Below, one piece after another: positions 1 through 8,880 of a stretch of DNA of 20,000 nt (position 1 is the first letter of the stretch; each line of letters opens with the position of its first letter). The notes beneath the pieces were generated by a model. The model had not been told where the DNA came from. It worked only from the letters and a program-made list of their open reading frames with translations, and ran no database searches. Source of the stretch: an uncultured virus (IMG/VR IMGVR_UViG_3300033072_000946) (Duplodnaviria > Heunggongvirae > Uroviricota > Caudoviricetes); IMG/VR virus record IMGVR_UViG_3300033072_000946. One strand, given 5' to 3'. The position numbers and the translations under genes were made by a program.

Positions 1-2662
1 TCTCCGTCTGGAGAACGAAGTCGAGCTGCGCGAGCGACAACAACTCGGTCAGCACGAGGCCGATCGCGTTACCACCACCGCCGGAAGCGGGCCCGCCGGA
101 CGTCGCGATCGGGATCTCACCACCGCCGGTCAGCGGAACGACAGCCTCGTTGCTGTGGAGGATCGCGGGGATACCGCCGCCCGCGACTGATGCCGACAGA
201 GAGTTGGTCGACGGGGTGCCTTGTGCGAAGCTCGGCGCATTCGCGAACGCGCTGATCGGAACAGACCGCAGGCGACCCGTCCCGAGGTGAGAGATACCGC
301 CGCCGGAATACTCACTCGTCGTGACTTCTCCGCCGCTGACTTCACCACCCCCGCTCTGCGCTTTCTTGGCTGCAGCCGCAGCCGCAGCCAGACGGCGATA
401 GGCAGCCGCCAGCGCGTCGATCTGTCCAATCGCCTGTCCCGCCGCTGTCGCCGACGCGGAGATGCCGCCCGCGAGCTGCTGCGTGGCCGTTGCCGCAGGC
501 GACGCGGTCTTGTTCAAGTTGCCCATGTTGGTCGCGAGCTGGTCGGTCGGCGTCACCGCCTCTCCGGCCTTGTCCGCGATCGAGCCCGTACTGGTGGCTG
601 CACTGTTGAGGCCGGTCGACGCCTTCTGCGACTCCGTCCCGGCCTTCGTGATGATGCCAGCGAACCGGTTGCCGCTGTCCGCCGCCGAGCCTAGATGCTC
701 GTCGAGACTGGTGCCCTTCTCGTCGAGCTTCGTCATGCCGAAGCTCGCTTCGGTCGAAGACGACGCCACCATCCCGAGCATCGTGTCGAGGTTGCTGGAG
801 CTGGCACCGAGTGCGTCGATACCCGCCTCCAACTGCGGAGACACCGCAGCGGTCGCCGTGATCTTCTCACCGAGCGTCTGAACGGCAGTGCCCGCTGTAC
901 TGAAGCTAGAGGCAGAAGTGCTGGCAACAGCGGCCGTCGACTGAACGGAGCCTTTGAGGCGCTCCAGCGCAGCGTAATACTGGTCGACCTTCTGATTATA
1001 GGTCGAGTCACTCATGAGCCCGAGCGCGTTGAGTAGCCCGTAGAGGGAGATCTTCGCGTCCTCGATGACCTTCCCCCAGCCGCCCATCGCCTGTGCGAGA
1101 TAGTTCAGCCCACCGACAACGGTGCCGAGGAGGATAGGCCAGGGACCCATCGCCTTGATGAGAACACCGACAGCCGTCGCGGCAGTCCCCAGCCACGCGC
1201 TGACCGGGATCTGGATCAGCGACCCGAGAGCAACCGAGACGCCCATCAGCGCAGACGAGAAGATGTCCCAGTTCTGCCCGACCGTGCCGATGATGCTCGC
1301 CATGGTCCCGAAGACCGTGCCGATCCCCGTACCGATACTGGCAATCGCCTCACCGAACGGCGTCAGGTTTCCGGTGAACTTCTCGACCGTCTGTCCGGTC
1401 GAGTCCGTCTCCGTGCGAACCTCCATGAAGGCACGCGTCAGCGTCCGCAGGCCCTGAAGCATCGCTTCGCCCACGTTCTTACCGAACTCGGCCTGCAGGA
1501 TCTCAAGACCGGTGCGCAACTGGTTCATCGCACCGATCGGTGTCTTCAACGCTTCCTCGACCGTCTTGCCGTACTTCGACTTCAAGACTTCAGCCATCTT
1601 CAACAGCTCAGCTACGCCGAGCTGTCCGGCCTCCATCATCTTGAAGATCTCAGCAGACGTCTTTCCGGTCGCTTCCTCCATGATCCGCATCGCCGGGATG
1701 ACACCGTCACCCAACTGCTGCGTGAATTCTTCCGCCGTGATCTTGCCCTTGTTGATCATCTGCGTCAGGGCGCGGAAGGTACGCGCGCTCTGATCTGAGC
1801 TTGCGCCGAGCGCAGACAGCGCCGTCGAGAAGCCCTCGAAGATCTGCTTCGCCTGCTCTGCTCCACCCTCCTTGCCTTGGAAAGCCTGCATGAGGCTCTG
1901 GTAGCCTTTCAGTGCCTCGCCCAGCGGGATGCCGAGGTTGATCGCAGCCGACTTGACGTACGCCAACTCCTGCGCCGCCACCTGTCCCGAACCAGTGATG
2001 CCGGTGAGCTGGTTCACGAACTGCGTAACAGCGCGCGAGGCCTCCCAAGACGACGAGATGAACTGAGCGAGGCCGACGCCACCCAACGAGATGCCGAAGC
2101 CCGCCGCGAGACCGCTCGCCGTCGAGAACGCGTTGCCGAGACCCCAGACGCTCTTGGAAGCCGACTGGGCCGCCGTGCTGACACCCGTGACCTGTGAGAC
2201 GGTGTTGGTGAGGTTGGGAGCCTGTACGCCTTTCAGCGCCGACGAGAGAGCGTTGGCGCCGCTCGCCGCCGTGGACATCGCTTGCCCCATGGCGGTGAGG
2301 CTGGAGGAAACCGAACTGAGCCCCGGCGGGATCTTGATGCTGCCAAGACCCGTCGCAAGCTGCTGAACGCGGCTGACGAGGGTGTCGATCCTCACCGCGC
2401 TCAGTCCCTTCAATTGCGTCGCAATCGTAGAGATACTGTTCGTCGATTGGCCCAGCTTATCGAGGGCCGACCCGAGCTGCGTGAGACCATCAATCGAAGA
2501 CTGCGGAAGCCCCTGGAAGCCAGCGATCGTGGAGAGGGTCTTTTCGAGGCCGCTGTTCTTCGGCATCCCCTCCAGTGCGGTCTTCAGGGTCGCGAGATTG
2601 TCGTTGATCTCTTTGATCGCCTTGGCAGCATTGCCAGTATTGATGACAAGATCCAACGACAT
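1..2662 (-). CDS. Tail tape measure protein (5' part; runs off the left edge, >=887 aa)
   Basis: Not in the ORF track because there is no stop in the window. I translated it manually from ATG 2662: MSLDLVINTGNAAKAIKEINDNLATLK... It is Ala/Ser/Gly/Thr-rich and contains the tape-measure-domain motif RALTQMINKGKITAEEFTQQLGD. The frame is still open in the stretches read near base 2. It follows the tail chaperone genes directly. Confidence 0.93.
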   Translation of the reverse strand, partial: MSLDLVINTGNAAKAIKEINDNLATLKTALEGMPKNSGLEKTLSTIAGFQGLPQSSIDGLTQLGSALDKLGQSTNSISTIATQLKGLSAVRIDTLVSRVQQLATGLGSIKIPPGLSSVSSSLTAMGQAMSTAASGANALSSALKGVQAPNLTNTVSQVTGVSTAAQSASKSVWGLGNAFSTASGLAAGFGISLGGVGLAQFISSSWEASRAVTQFVNQLTGITGSGQVAAQELAYVKSAAINLGIPLGEALKGYQSLMQAFQGKEGGAEQAKQIFEGFSTALSALGASSDQSARTFRALTQMINKGKITAEEFTQQLGDGVIPAMRIMEEATGKTSAEIFKMMEAGQLGVAELLKMAEVLKSKYGKTVEEALKTPIGAMNQLRTGLEILQAEFGKNVGEAMLQGLRTLTRAFMEVRTETDSTGQTVEKFTGNLTPFGEAIASIGTGIGTVFGTMASIIGTVGQNWDIFSSALMGVSVALGSLIQIPVSAWLGTAATAVGVLIKAMGPWPILLGTVVGGLNYLAQAMGGWGKVIEDAKISLYGLLNALGLMSDSTYNQKVDQYYAALERLKGSVQSTAAVASTSASSFSTAGTAVQTLGEKITATAAVSPQLEAGIDALGASSSNLDTMLGMVASSSTEASFGMTKLDEKGTSLDEHLGSAADSGNRFAGIITKAGTESQKASTGLNSAATSTGSIADKAGEAVTPTDQLATNMGNLNKTASPAATATQQLAGGISASATAAGQAIGQIDALAAAYRRLAAAAAAAKKAQSGGGEVSGGEVTTSEYSGGGISHLGTGRLRSVPISAFANAPSFAQGTPSTNSLSASVAGGGIPAILHSNEAVVPLTGGGEIPIATSGGPASGGGGNAIGLVLTELLSLAQLDFVLQTE

Positions 2663-2664
2663 TC

Positions 2665-3063
2665 TCAGCGCCTCCGGCGTCTACTCTGCTGGCGCTGGCG
2701 CGACCGCTGCGCCTGCTCCTGTTTCTTCCGCGCGTTAGCGGCTTCCCGCTCCCACGTCTCGATGTAGAACTTGTCGAGAGCGCCGATCACGCCCAACAAC
2801 AAGTCATGGTCGGACGAACCGAACAGCCCGAGATACGACGCGTAGGCGTTGATCTCGGTGATCTGGATCGGTTGTGGTTGCGGGTAGCGCTGTCGGCGAG
2901 AGGCAAGCTCCTGCCACGCAACCCACAACCACTCCGTCCCCGGGATCAACTGCGGGAGATCGAGCATCGGGGTCGGATTGCCCGCCGCCCGCAGTTTCTC
3001 CAGGTTCGCGAGCTTCTCCGCACTGAGCTTGTGTTTCGTCCAGTGCTGGAGAAGGCTCAGGAG
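2665..3063 (-). CDS. Tail assembly chaperone, C-terminal (lambda gpT-like) part, reached by -1 frameshift
   Basis: The frame of ORF 2665..2967 stays open upstream to the slippery site (LLSLLQHWTKHKLSAEK...MLDLPQLIPGTEWLWVAWQELASRR...PIQITEINAY). It lies between the chaperone and tape measure genes. Predicted fusion is ~290 aa. Confidence 0.85.
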   Translation of the reverse strand, partial: LLSLLQHWTKHKLSAEKLANLEKLRAAGNPTPMLDLPQLIPGTEWLWVAWQELASRRQRYPQPQPIQITEINAYASYLGLFGSSDHDLLLGVIGALDKFYIETWEREAANARKKQEQAQRSRQRQQSRRRRR

Positions 3064-3536
3064 TTTCCCACGACCTCCGTCTGCTCTTCAGTTCGCCAGA
3101 AATCGAGCTGGTCGCACACGGTGTAGACGGCGTTGCGGAAGTTCGGCAGCTTCGACAGCAGCTCGTAGGCAGCCTCGGGAGAGAACTCGATCGGCTTGCC
3201 GTCGCGGGCGTGGATGCCCTTCCAGTCGACGAAGCATCCCTCGGCGAGCGTCGACAGGATGATCTTGTCCTGGATCTCCGCCGGGAGGACGCCGTTCTTC
3301 GCGGAGCTGCGGTAGCGGCGATTGAGACGCTGGCGGACCGCCATCGCTTTCTTCGACGACAGGCGGCGCAGCTTGACGCTGATGCCACCGGAGCCGAAGC
3401 CGTCGAACCAGCGACCGTCTTCCTCGGCGTTGGTGTCGGTCTCGAAGACGTCGAAGATCGAAACCGGAAGGTCGGCGGTCTTGTCGAAGTCGCCTGCGTC
3501 GGGGTTCTTTTTGACAGTATCGGCAGTCTCGGTCAT
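3057..3536 (-). CDS. Tail assembly chaperone (lambda gpG-like), 159 aa
   Basis: Lies downstream of the tail tube. Motifs EEDGRWF, VDWKGI..DGKPIEFSPE are typical of tail chaperones. It has an AGAGGA RBS and ends in G GGA AAC TCC TGA. Confidence 0.88.
   Translation of the reverse strand: MTETADTVKKNPDAGDFDKTADLPVSIFDVFETDTNAEEDGRWFDGFGSGGISVKLRRLSSKKAMAVRQRLNRRYRSSAKNGVLPAEIQDKIILSTLAEGCFVDWKGIHARDGKPIEFSPEAAYELLSKLPNFRNAVYTVCDQLDFWRTEEQTEVVGNS
3063..3069 (-). other. Programmed -1 ribosomal frameshift slippery heptamer G GGA AAC
   Basis: X XXY YYZ heptamer in the correct phase at the end of the chaperone gene. The -1 frame is continuous with ORF 2665..2967. Confidence 0.88.
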
Positions 3537-3560
3537 TTCATCCTCTCTTGGCTTATGGAT

Positions 3561-3595
3561 AGAGCGAGGCGAGTACAGAACCCTCGCCTCGCTCT
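3561..3595 (-). terminator. 13-bp stem-loop after the tail tube gene (terminator, attenuator or processing site)
   Basis: AGAGCGAGGCGAG-N9-CTCGCCTCGCTCT perfect inverted repeat; no strong U-tract. Confidence 0.55.
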
Positions 3596-3632
3596 TCGTT
3601 GTCCGTATCCCCTAGTCCTGATGGAGGGAGGA

Positions 3633-5453
3633 TCAAGAGACGAACGGACGAACGCTGCTGAACCGGTCGATCATGAACTGCGTGCCGGTGGCGGCGTCGC
3701 GCAGGGCGACGAACTCCATCTGCTCCATGACGTCCTGGTCGATGCCCTCTGCCGCGATCGGATCGGACGTGATCTTCAGCGCGGGGATCTTGAACACGTA
3801 GGTGTTCTTGTCGGCGTCGGTGAAATCGAAGCCGATCGAGATCGTCGTGTGGTTGATGAAGTCGTTGTAGAAGTCGAACGTCTGGAAGTAGGCCTCGATC
3901 GAGCCCGTCAGGTTGAAGCGGCCGTAGCCGATACCAGCCGGGAACTTCGAGCCGACAGCCTGCTGCTCACGCAGCGACGCCTCGCCGTTCAGCTCCAGCG
4001 ACATGATCGCAGCCGTCAGCGCGACGCCGTTCTTCTTGGGCGTGCCGACGTTCGCAGTCGCATTCATCACGTCGGTGGCCGTGGTCGCGCGCACCGTGTA
4101 AGGCGACGTACCGATCAGTGTGGTCGTGCGCGGGAGCGTCTCGCGGCCCATGAAGGACCACGTCAGGGTGCAGATCTCGCCCGCCGACACGCTCATCGTG
4201 AACGAACCGACGCGCATGCCGTTGCGCACGAAATACTTGGCGACGTCCTCGAAGCCAGCCTCGATGGTGAAGCTCTGCTTGGTGATGTCGGCGAGCACAC
4301 CCGGGTTGCGCAGGTGCGAACCCTTGATGACGACCGGCAGGGTGCCCGAGTTGGCGTCCGTCGACAGCGTCTCTTCGACGACGATGGTGTCGTCGTTCGG
4401 GAGAGAAGCGATCGTGTAGAAGCCGCCCTTGGTGGCGCTGCCGCCGGAGAACGCGGTGACCGTCACCGACACACCGGCACCGGTAGCCGAGATTGAGCCG
4501 CCGGTTCGCTTGTGGTTGGTCAGCGTCACCGTCGCCGTGGCGAGGGTCGCCGTGACGTCGATCGCATTCTTGGCGAACTGCGCCATCAGTGCGGCGCGGA
4601 AGTTCTCCGCCTGGGTGGCCTCAGTGGCGCTGTAGGCGACGAAGATGTTGTTCTCGCCGATGAGCGCCGCGTCCGTATGGATCTCGAACACGAGGGTGTT
4701 GACGCCGTCGCTGACGCTGATCTCGTCACCAGCCGTCGGGTTCGTCGACAGGAACTCGATCGTGCCGGTCTCCTTGCCCAGACCCTCGACGTAGATGGTC
4801 TGTCCGACATAGAGCTTCTTGCCAGCGAAGCTATTCGAGCCGCCGCCGTTGATCGTATTGCCGCTCGTGAACGCAGTCGAAGTCGACTTCAGGATGACGT
4901 CGTTCGCATCGAGGAAGCGAGACTGCGCCGTGCCGGACTCGACAGTGAACGGAGTGCCCGCGACCGTGACGACGGTGTTGCCGCCGCTGAAGGCGACGGA
5001 GTCGATCAGGAAGTAGCCGTTGTTGGCAGCGTTGGTGAAGCCTTCGAGCTTGAAGTAGGTGTCGTCGAGAACCGCCGCCCGGTAGTCGCCGCCCGACAGG
5101 GTGACGGTGTTGTTCGCGGTGATGTCGACCGACGTGCCCTTCAACTGGAAGAAGGTCATCGGACGCGACCAAGCGCCGAGCAGGAAGGCCTCGAAGAACA
5201 TGTCCGAGGACCCGGCCGAGAACTCCTGGTTGATCTCACCGGCTGATGAGGCGCCCACCTCGATCACACTGGAGACCATGCGGTCGGCGCGGATCTCTTC
5301 CGACGTCTGCGTCTGCTTGTCGGTGGTCAGGGACTGGCCCGTGAACCGAAGCTCCTCGGAAGTACCGGAAGCCGGGGTCGTTCCCCACGTCACTTCCTTC
5401 AAGATGCGCAGTGATGCGCGATTGGACTCTGCGCTCTGGATTTGGACGGTCAT
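3633..5453 (-). CDS. Major tail tube protein, 606 aa, with a central inserted domain
   Basis: N-terminus ESNRASLRILKEVTWGTTP..ELRFTGQSL..SEEIRADR and C-terminus LTGSIEAYF..Y.FKIP are typical tail tube motifs. It sits upstream of the chaperones and has an AGGAG RBS. Confidence 0.92.
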   Translation of the reverse strand: MTVQIQSAESNRASLRILKEVTWGTTPASGTSEELRFTGQSLTTDKQTQTSEEIRADRMVSSVIEVGASSAGEINQEFSAGSSDMFFEAFLLGAWSRPMTFFQLKGTSVDITANNTVTLSGGDYRAAVLDDTYFKLEGFTNAANNGYFLIDSVAFSGGNTVVTVAGTPFTVESGTAQSRFLDANDVILKSTSTAFTSGNTINGGGSNSFAGKKLYVGQTIYVEGLGKETGTIEFLSTNPTAGDEISVSDGVNTLVFEIHTDAALIGENNIFVAYSATEATQAENFRAALMAQFAKNAIDVTATLATATVTLTNHKRTGGSISATGAGVSVTVTAFSGGSATKGGFYTIASLPNDDTIVVEETLSTDANSGTLPVVIKGSHLRNPGVLADITKQSFTIEAGFEDVAKYFVRNGMRVGSFTMSVSAGEICTLTWSFMGRETLPRTTTLIGTSPYTVRATTATDVMNATANVGTPKKNGVALTAAIMSLELNGEASLREQQAVGSKFPAGIGYGRFNLTGSIEAYFQTFDFYNDFINHTTISIGFDFTDADKNTYVFKIPALKITSDPIAAEGIDQDVMEQMEFVALRDAATGTQFMIDRFSSVRPFVS

Positions 5454-5499
5454 GGGGACCTTAACTCCTGCTACTCGAACGTTACGGAGTGTGTCATTT

Positions 5500-5528
5500 T
5501 GGGTAACACACTAGGTTAAGTGTGTCAA
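5500..5528 (-). promoter_or_regulatory. Putative promoter for the tail tube (TTGACA-17-TACCCA)
   Basis: Perfect -35 hexamer within the TTGACACA motif shared with the scaffold and portal upstream regions; the -10 is weak. Confidence 0.55.
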
Positions 5529-5566
5529 CCAGGATCACCCTGATTGACACGGAAATTCACGCGTTA

Positions 5567-6436
5567 CTAGGTAGAACCGTCCGCCTTCCACTCGACGTAG
5601 GAGCCGCGAAGGACGGTGGTATCCACCGCCGTCGAGGTGCCCTGCGCCCACTGGAACTCGACATCCCCGGCGTTGGCGCCGTTCTCGATGAGGCCTTCCA
5701 GCTCGACGATGCCCTGGGTGCCGCCGGTCCCGTTGATGGTCGTGCTGGGGCCCGCATAGGACGTATAAGTCCCCTGTCCGGCGTAGGCCGTCGCGTTGGG
5801 CGTGAGATAGCGCCGTTCGAGGACGATCTTGGTCGGAGACGCGGGACCGGCGAGCGCGAATTTGAAGTCGGCCGTCGAGGTGGTCTCGTACCAGACGCGG
5901 AAATAGAACCGGTACTTGGTGTTCGCCTCGATGTTGAACTTCAGCTCGGGATCGGCAGCGACGGTGTCGGTCGACTGCCGTGCCGTGTTGAGGACCTTGA
6001 CGGTGGTGGTCCAGAACGCGTCGTCGCTGGCGGAGTAGATGTTACCTTGACTTGCCCAGGAGCCGCCGATCTTGATGTAGACGTCACCGCTGTCCGCATC
6101 GATGCGGACGTCGTCGTCCTCGCCTTCGCCGTCGTCAGGCGCGCCTGTCGTCAGTGAGAGCGTCGGGCCACCGCCGCCGCCGTCAGTGGCGCCACCGCGC
6201 TCCGTCCAATCCGTCCAACCGCCCGTGGCGAGTGCGCGGAAATACTCGACGCCAGTGTCGGCGTCATGGAGGGTCTGCGCGACCTTACGCACGCCGCCGA
6301 TATTGCCCGCACGAACGGAGAGGAACGCGTTGGTGACACCCACCGGACCACCGGCCGGGCTGGCGACCACATACTCACCAGCATGGCGGCAGAGGTCGAG
6401 GGCGTATCCCGTGGGGAGCTGTGTGAGATCGGTCAT
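5567..6436 (-). CDS. Fibre/decoration-like virion protein, 289 aa
   Basis: Knob-like N-terminal segment (Q......YFR....GGWTDW), Gly linker, a GAP..GEG.DDD..ID..SGDVYIK.GGSW...GNI fibre-type motif, and a beta-rich C-terminal domain (FQWAQ..S....TTV..GSY). GAGGA RBS. Confidence 0.6.
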   Translation of the reverse strand: MTDLTQLPTGYALDLCRHAGEYVVASPAGGPVGVTNAFLSVRAGNIGGVRKVAQTLHDADTGVEYFRALATGGWTDWTERGGATDGGGGGPTLSLTTGAPDDGEGEDDDVRIDADSGDVYIKIGGSWASQGNIYSASDDAFWTTTVKVLNTARQSTDTVAADPELKFNIEANTKYRFYFRVWYETTSTADFKFALAGPASPTKIVLERRYLTPNATAYAGQGTYTSYAGPSTTINGTGGTQGIVELEGLIENGANAGDVEFQWAQGTSTAVDTTVLRGSYVEWKADGST

Positions 6437-6438
6437 GG

Positions 6439-6864
6439 TCAGTTCCTCGTGTCGGTGTATTTGAACTCACACAGGAAGTTGCGCGCGTACCAACCGTTGA
6501 CGTTGCCACGCGTGCGGGCCTGTGATCCGTAGTAAGTGAGGTACCCGGATGGTGTGAGGGCGAAGTTCTTGTCGACCAACGTGTCGATCAAGGTCTGGAT
6601 GATCCGCAGGCCGTCATCCGTGCCGCGTTCTGCCGGAACGTTCACATGGACGTTGATGACGCCGTAGGAGCACAATGATTGGCCGCCGAGTTCGCGCTTG
6701 TGTGTGACGCTCGGGAGCACCGTGACGTAGACCCACGGCGCGTCCTTCGGCTGCGAGAACTTCTGGTTCTCGTATCCGACGACGACGGTCGCGTGGTTTG
6801 CGGCCATCGCGTTCTTGATCACCGTGAAAGCGTGTTTGCGAACGCGGTCGAGATCCATGCTCAT
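6439..6864 (-). CDS. Tail terminator protein (DUF4128-like), 141 aa
   Basis: Motifs YENQKF..P...PWV and GVINVHVNVP...GT; position in the neck module. Confidence 0.8.
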   Translation of the reverse strand: MSMDLDRVRKHAFTVIKNAMAANHATVVVGYENQKFSQPKDAPWVYVTVLPSVTHKRELGGQSLCSYGVINVHVNVPAERGTDDGLRIIQTLIDTLVDKNFALTPSGYLTYYGSQARTRGNVNGWYARNFLCEFKYTDTRN

Positions 6865-7325
6865 TTCACGGTCCCCGCGTGTGCTGCACGTGTGACCTGG
6901 ACGGCGCGCATCGAGACGCCGCCGGGATAGCGAGAACGTCCCGGCTCCGGCGCGTTACCACTCTCGATCAGCTCCCATTTGTCGGGACGGACGAGGTTGG
7001 TGAAGAAGATATCCTTCAGCTCTTTATTGATCAGGGCAGCTTTGAGATCTCCGCGCGCAGCCGCTTCATTCGCTGGCCGTGCGATTTCAGAAGCGTAGGG
7101 CCCAGGATCGCCGATCGGGGATTTGGTACCGCCGCCGGGCTTCCTTCCGACCGCTGCCGCATAGTTGCGCACCGTCTCGCCGCTCCAGACCGGAGTGAAC
7201 GAGAACAGCGCGCCGAGTAGCGTCTCAGCGATCTTGTGGGTCTCGCGCACGCACTCCTTCTCGAACTCAGAGAGTTCCTTTTCGAGCTTTGAGAAGGTGG
7301 CGGACACGCTGTCGAAGTGAGCCAT
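6861..7325 (-). CDS. Neck/tail-completion protein (HK97 gp10-like), 154 aa
   Basis: TPVWSGE...NY resembles the TPVDTG motif; E.G..P near the C-terminus. Start moved to ATG 7325, which follows AGGAG. Confidence 0.75.
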   Translation of the reverse strand: MAHFDSVSATFSKLEKELSEFEKECVRETHKIAETLLGALFSFTPVWSGETVRNYAAAVGRKPGGGTKSPIGDPGPYASEIARPANEAAARGDLKAALINKELKDIFFTNLVRPDKWELIESGNAPEPGRSRYPGGVSMRAVQVTRAAHAGTVK

Positions 7326-7327
7326 CG

Positions 7328-7693
7328 TCACGGCTCCTGCACGAACACGACCCACAGGCTGTCGCCGGGGACGCGGTTGACGCGCTTCACCTGCCAGACG
7401 GAGCCGTCGATGGTGACGGTGTCGTCAGCCTTCGGGACCACCGGAAGATCAAGCGCTGCGATCAGGAGCTTTTGCGTGATCACGTCGGCGGGGAACCACT
7501 CGACCTCACGCTCGACGAGCTTCGCGTTGACGGCGGGCACGTTGGTGTAGTTCACCACCGTCTCTGCTGTGGTGTCCGTCTCGGGATCGTACGACCCAAG
7601 CGTGACCGAGGTGTAGGTGATGAAGACGCGTACGTCTCCGACCGCCTTCATCCCGGTCTTCACGGCTTGTTTGATCGTATCCTTGAGACCCAC
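7328..7693 (-). CDS. Head closure / head-tail joining protein, 121 aa
   Basis: Motifs GSYDPET, P..DDTVTIDG..WQV..V; position after the adaptor. Confidence 0.75.
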   Translation of the reverse strand: MGLKDTIKQAVKTGMKAVGDVRVFITYTSVTLGSYDPETDTTAETVVNYTNVPAVNAKLVEREVEWFPADVITQKLLIAALDLPVVPKADDTVTIDGSVWQVKRVNRVPGDSLWVVFVQEP

Positions 7694-7696
7694 AGC

Positions 7697-8206
7697 TTAC
7701 CCCTTGATGATGCGCGCCGACGTCGAGCCGCCGCTGCGGAAGGTGCCGAGCCCGAACAGGATCGCGTTGATGATCGAAGGGAAGGACGTCTGCGTCATCT
7801 CATCCTGGTATTCGATCTCGACGACGTCGACCGTGAGCTTCTTCAAGACCTGGACGTCGGGGCCCGACGTCGGGTCGTTGTTCTGAAGCCACTTCACCAG
7901 CTCGAAAGTGGCAGCCTTCACCGGCTTCGGAATGACGGAGACACCGATGGCATACTGCTCGCGGTCATACGCACCGGAGCGCGGCCACGCGAGCGATTGG
8001 GTCTCTTTGTAGCGCCGACCGTTCCATTCGGTCTTGGCGTCGAGAATGCGGGTCGCCCACTGGAGATAGTTCTCCTGCTGTGTGAGCGTCAGGCCCGCCC
8101 AGAACGACGTCGTAGGATCGACGGCGAAATAACTCGTCGCCTCTGCGACAGAGGCGTAGCTGTTGGACGTGGTCTTGCCCGTCCCGTCTTCAACATCGAT
8201 CGCCAC
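7697..8206 (-). CDS. Head-tail adaptor (DnaT-like family), 169 aa
   Basis: Motifs VEDGTG...NSYASVAEA, QSLAWPR, IP..VK.A..EL; GGAG RBS before the GTG start. Confidence 0.85.
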   Translation of the reverse strand: MAIDVEDGTGKTTSNSYASVAEATSYFAVDPTTSFWAGLTLTQQENYLQWATRILDAKTEWNGRRYKETQSLAWPRSGAYDREQYAIGVSVIPKPVKAATFELVKWLQNNDPTSGPDVQVLKKLTVDVVEIEYQDEMTQTSFPSIINAILFGLGTFRSGGSTSARIIKG

Positions 8207-8232
8207 GTTCAGCTCCTACACGATACAAGGGT

Positions 8233-8267
8233 GGGACGCGTCAGGCGAGGGGGACAAGACGCGTCCC
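8233..8267. promoter_or_regulatory. Intergenic stem-loop
   Basis: GGGACGCGTC-N15-GACGCGTCCC. A second hairpin, CGCACGG..CCGTGCG, lies near 8319-8342. Confidence 0.45.
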
Positions 8268-8351
8268 TGTGGAGTTGCCGCTTCCGGGGGGCTCAATGAA
8301 GGGCTTTCTCCACACCCACGCACGGGACTGCCGTACCGTGCGCGGAAGCAA

Positions 8352-8774
8352 TTACTGGAGCGCCTTCCACTTCTCGAGTTCGGCGCGCAGGCGCGTCAGA
8401 CCCCAGTTGCGCTTGATGTCGCCGATGGGGAAGCCAGCCGCGACCAGTGCCTTGCGCGCGTCGTAGAGGGGCGCCTTCTGATCGTCGGCGGCGTAGCTAT
8501 CGGGGATGAGCGGCTTGTCGACAGACGGAGCGCCGTCATCGTCGTCAGCTTCCGCACCGGTATCCGCGTGAACAGGCGCAGGCTTTTGCGGCTTTGCGGG
8601 CGGAACGTACTTTGCGAACTGGTCCGGGGCGCGACCACGATCGATCCAGCCGTTGAGGCGGATCAAGTCGATCGCGTTCTCGTCCACGACGTTGTGGACC
8701 AGCTTGGTAGCGGGATCTTCGACGAACCGCCAGCGACCGTAAAGGTGCCGCTCCGTCGGTTTCGGTTGGGACAC
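8352..8774 (-). CDS. Hypothetical virion-associated protein with a possible C-terminal HeH/LEM-like helical motif, 140 aa
   Basis: GGAGGG RBS before GTG; Pro/acidic linker; C-terminal RKALVAAG..IKRNWGLTRLRAEL. Confidence 0.7.
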   Translation of the reverse strand: MSQPKPTERHLYGRWRFVEDPATKLVHNVVDENAIDLIRLNGWIDRGRAPDQFAKYVPPAKPQKPAPVHADTGAEADDDDGAPSVDKPLIPDSYAADDQKAPLYDARKALVAAGFPIGDIKRNWGLTRLRAELEKWKALQ

Positions 8775-8802
8775 TCAACCCTCCTGAGAATGATGGAAAG
8801 AT

Positions 8803-8873
8803 GGGGCGGAAGTAGGGAATGCAAGAAACCCACTTCCGCCCCGGCCGTTCGCGAAGAAGCCGCAGCGAACGGC
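8803..8873. terminator. Tandem stem-loops downstream of the minor capsid gene
   Basis: GGGGCGGAAGT..ACTTCCGCCCC (8803-8842) and GCCGTTCGC..GCGAACGGC (8844-8873). Confidence 0.5.
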
Positions 8874-8880
8874 GTAGCTG

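Noticed and set aside
8210..8350. tRNA in the structured intergenic gaps (also 11210-12290 and 19000-19370)
   Set aside because: No cloverleaf with a T-loop GTTCRA and acceptor stem could be identified by eye.
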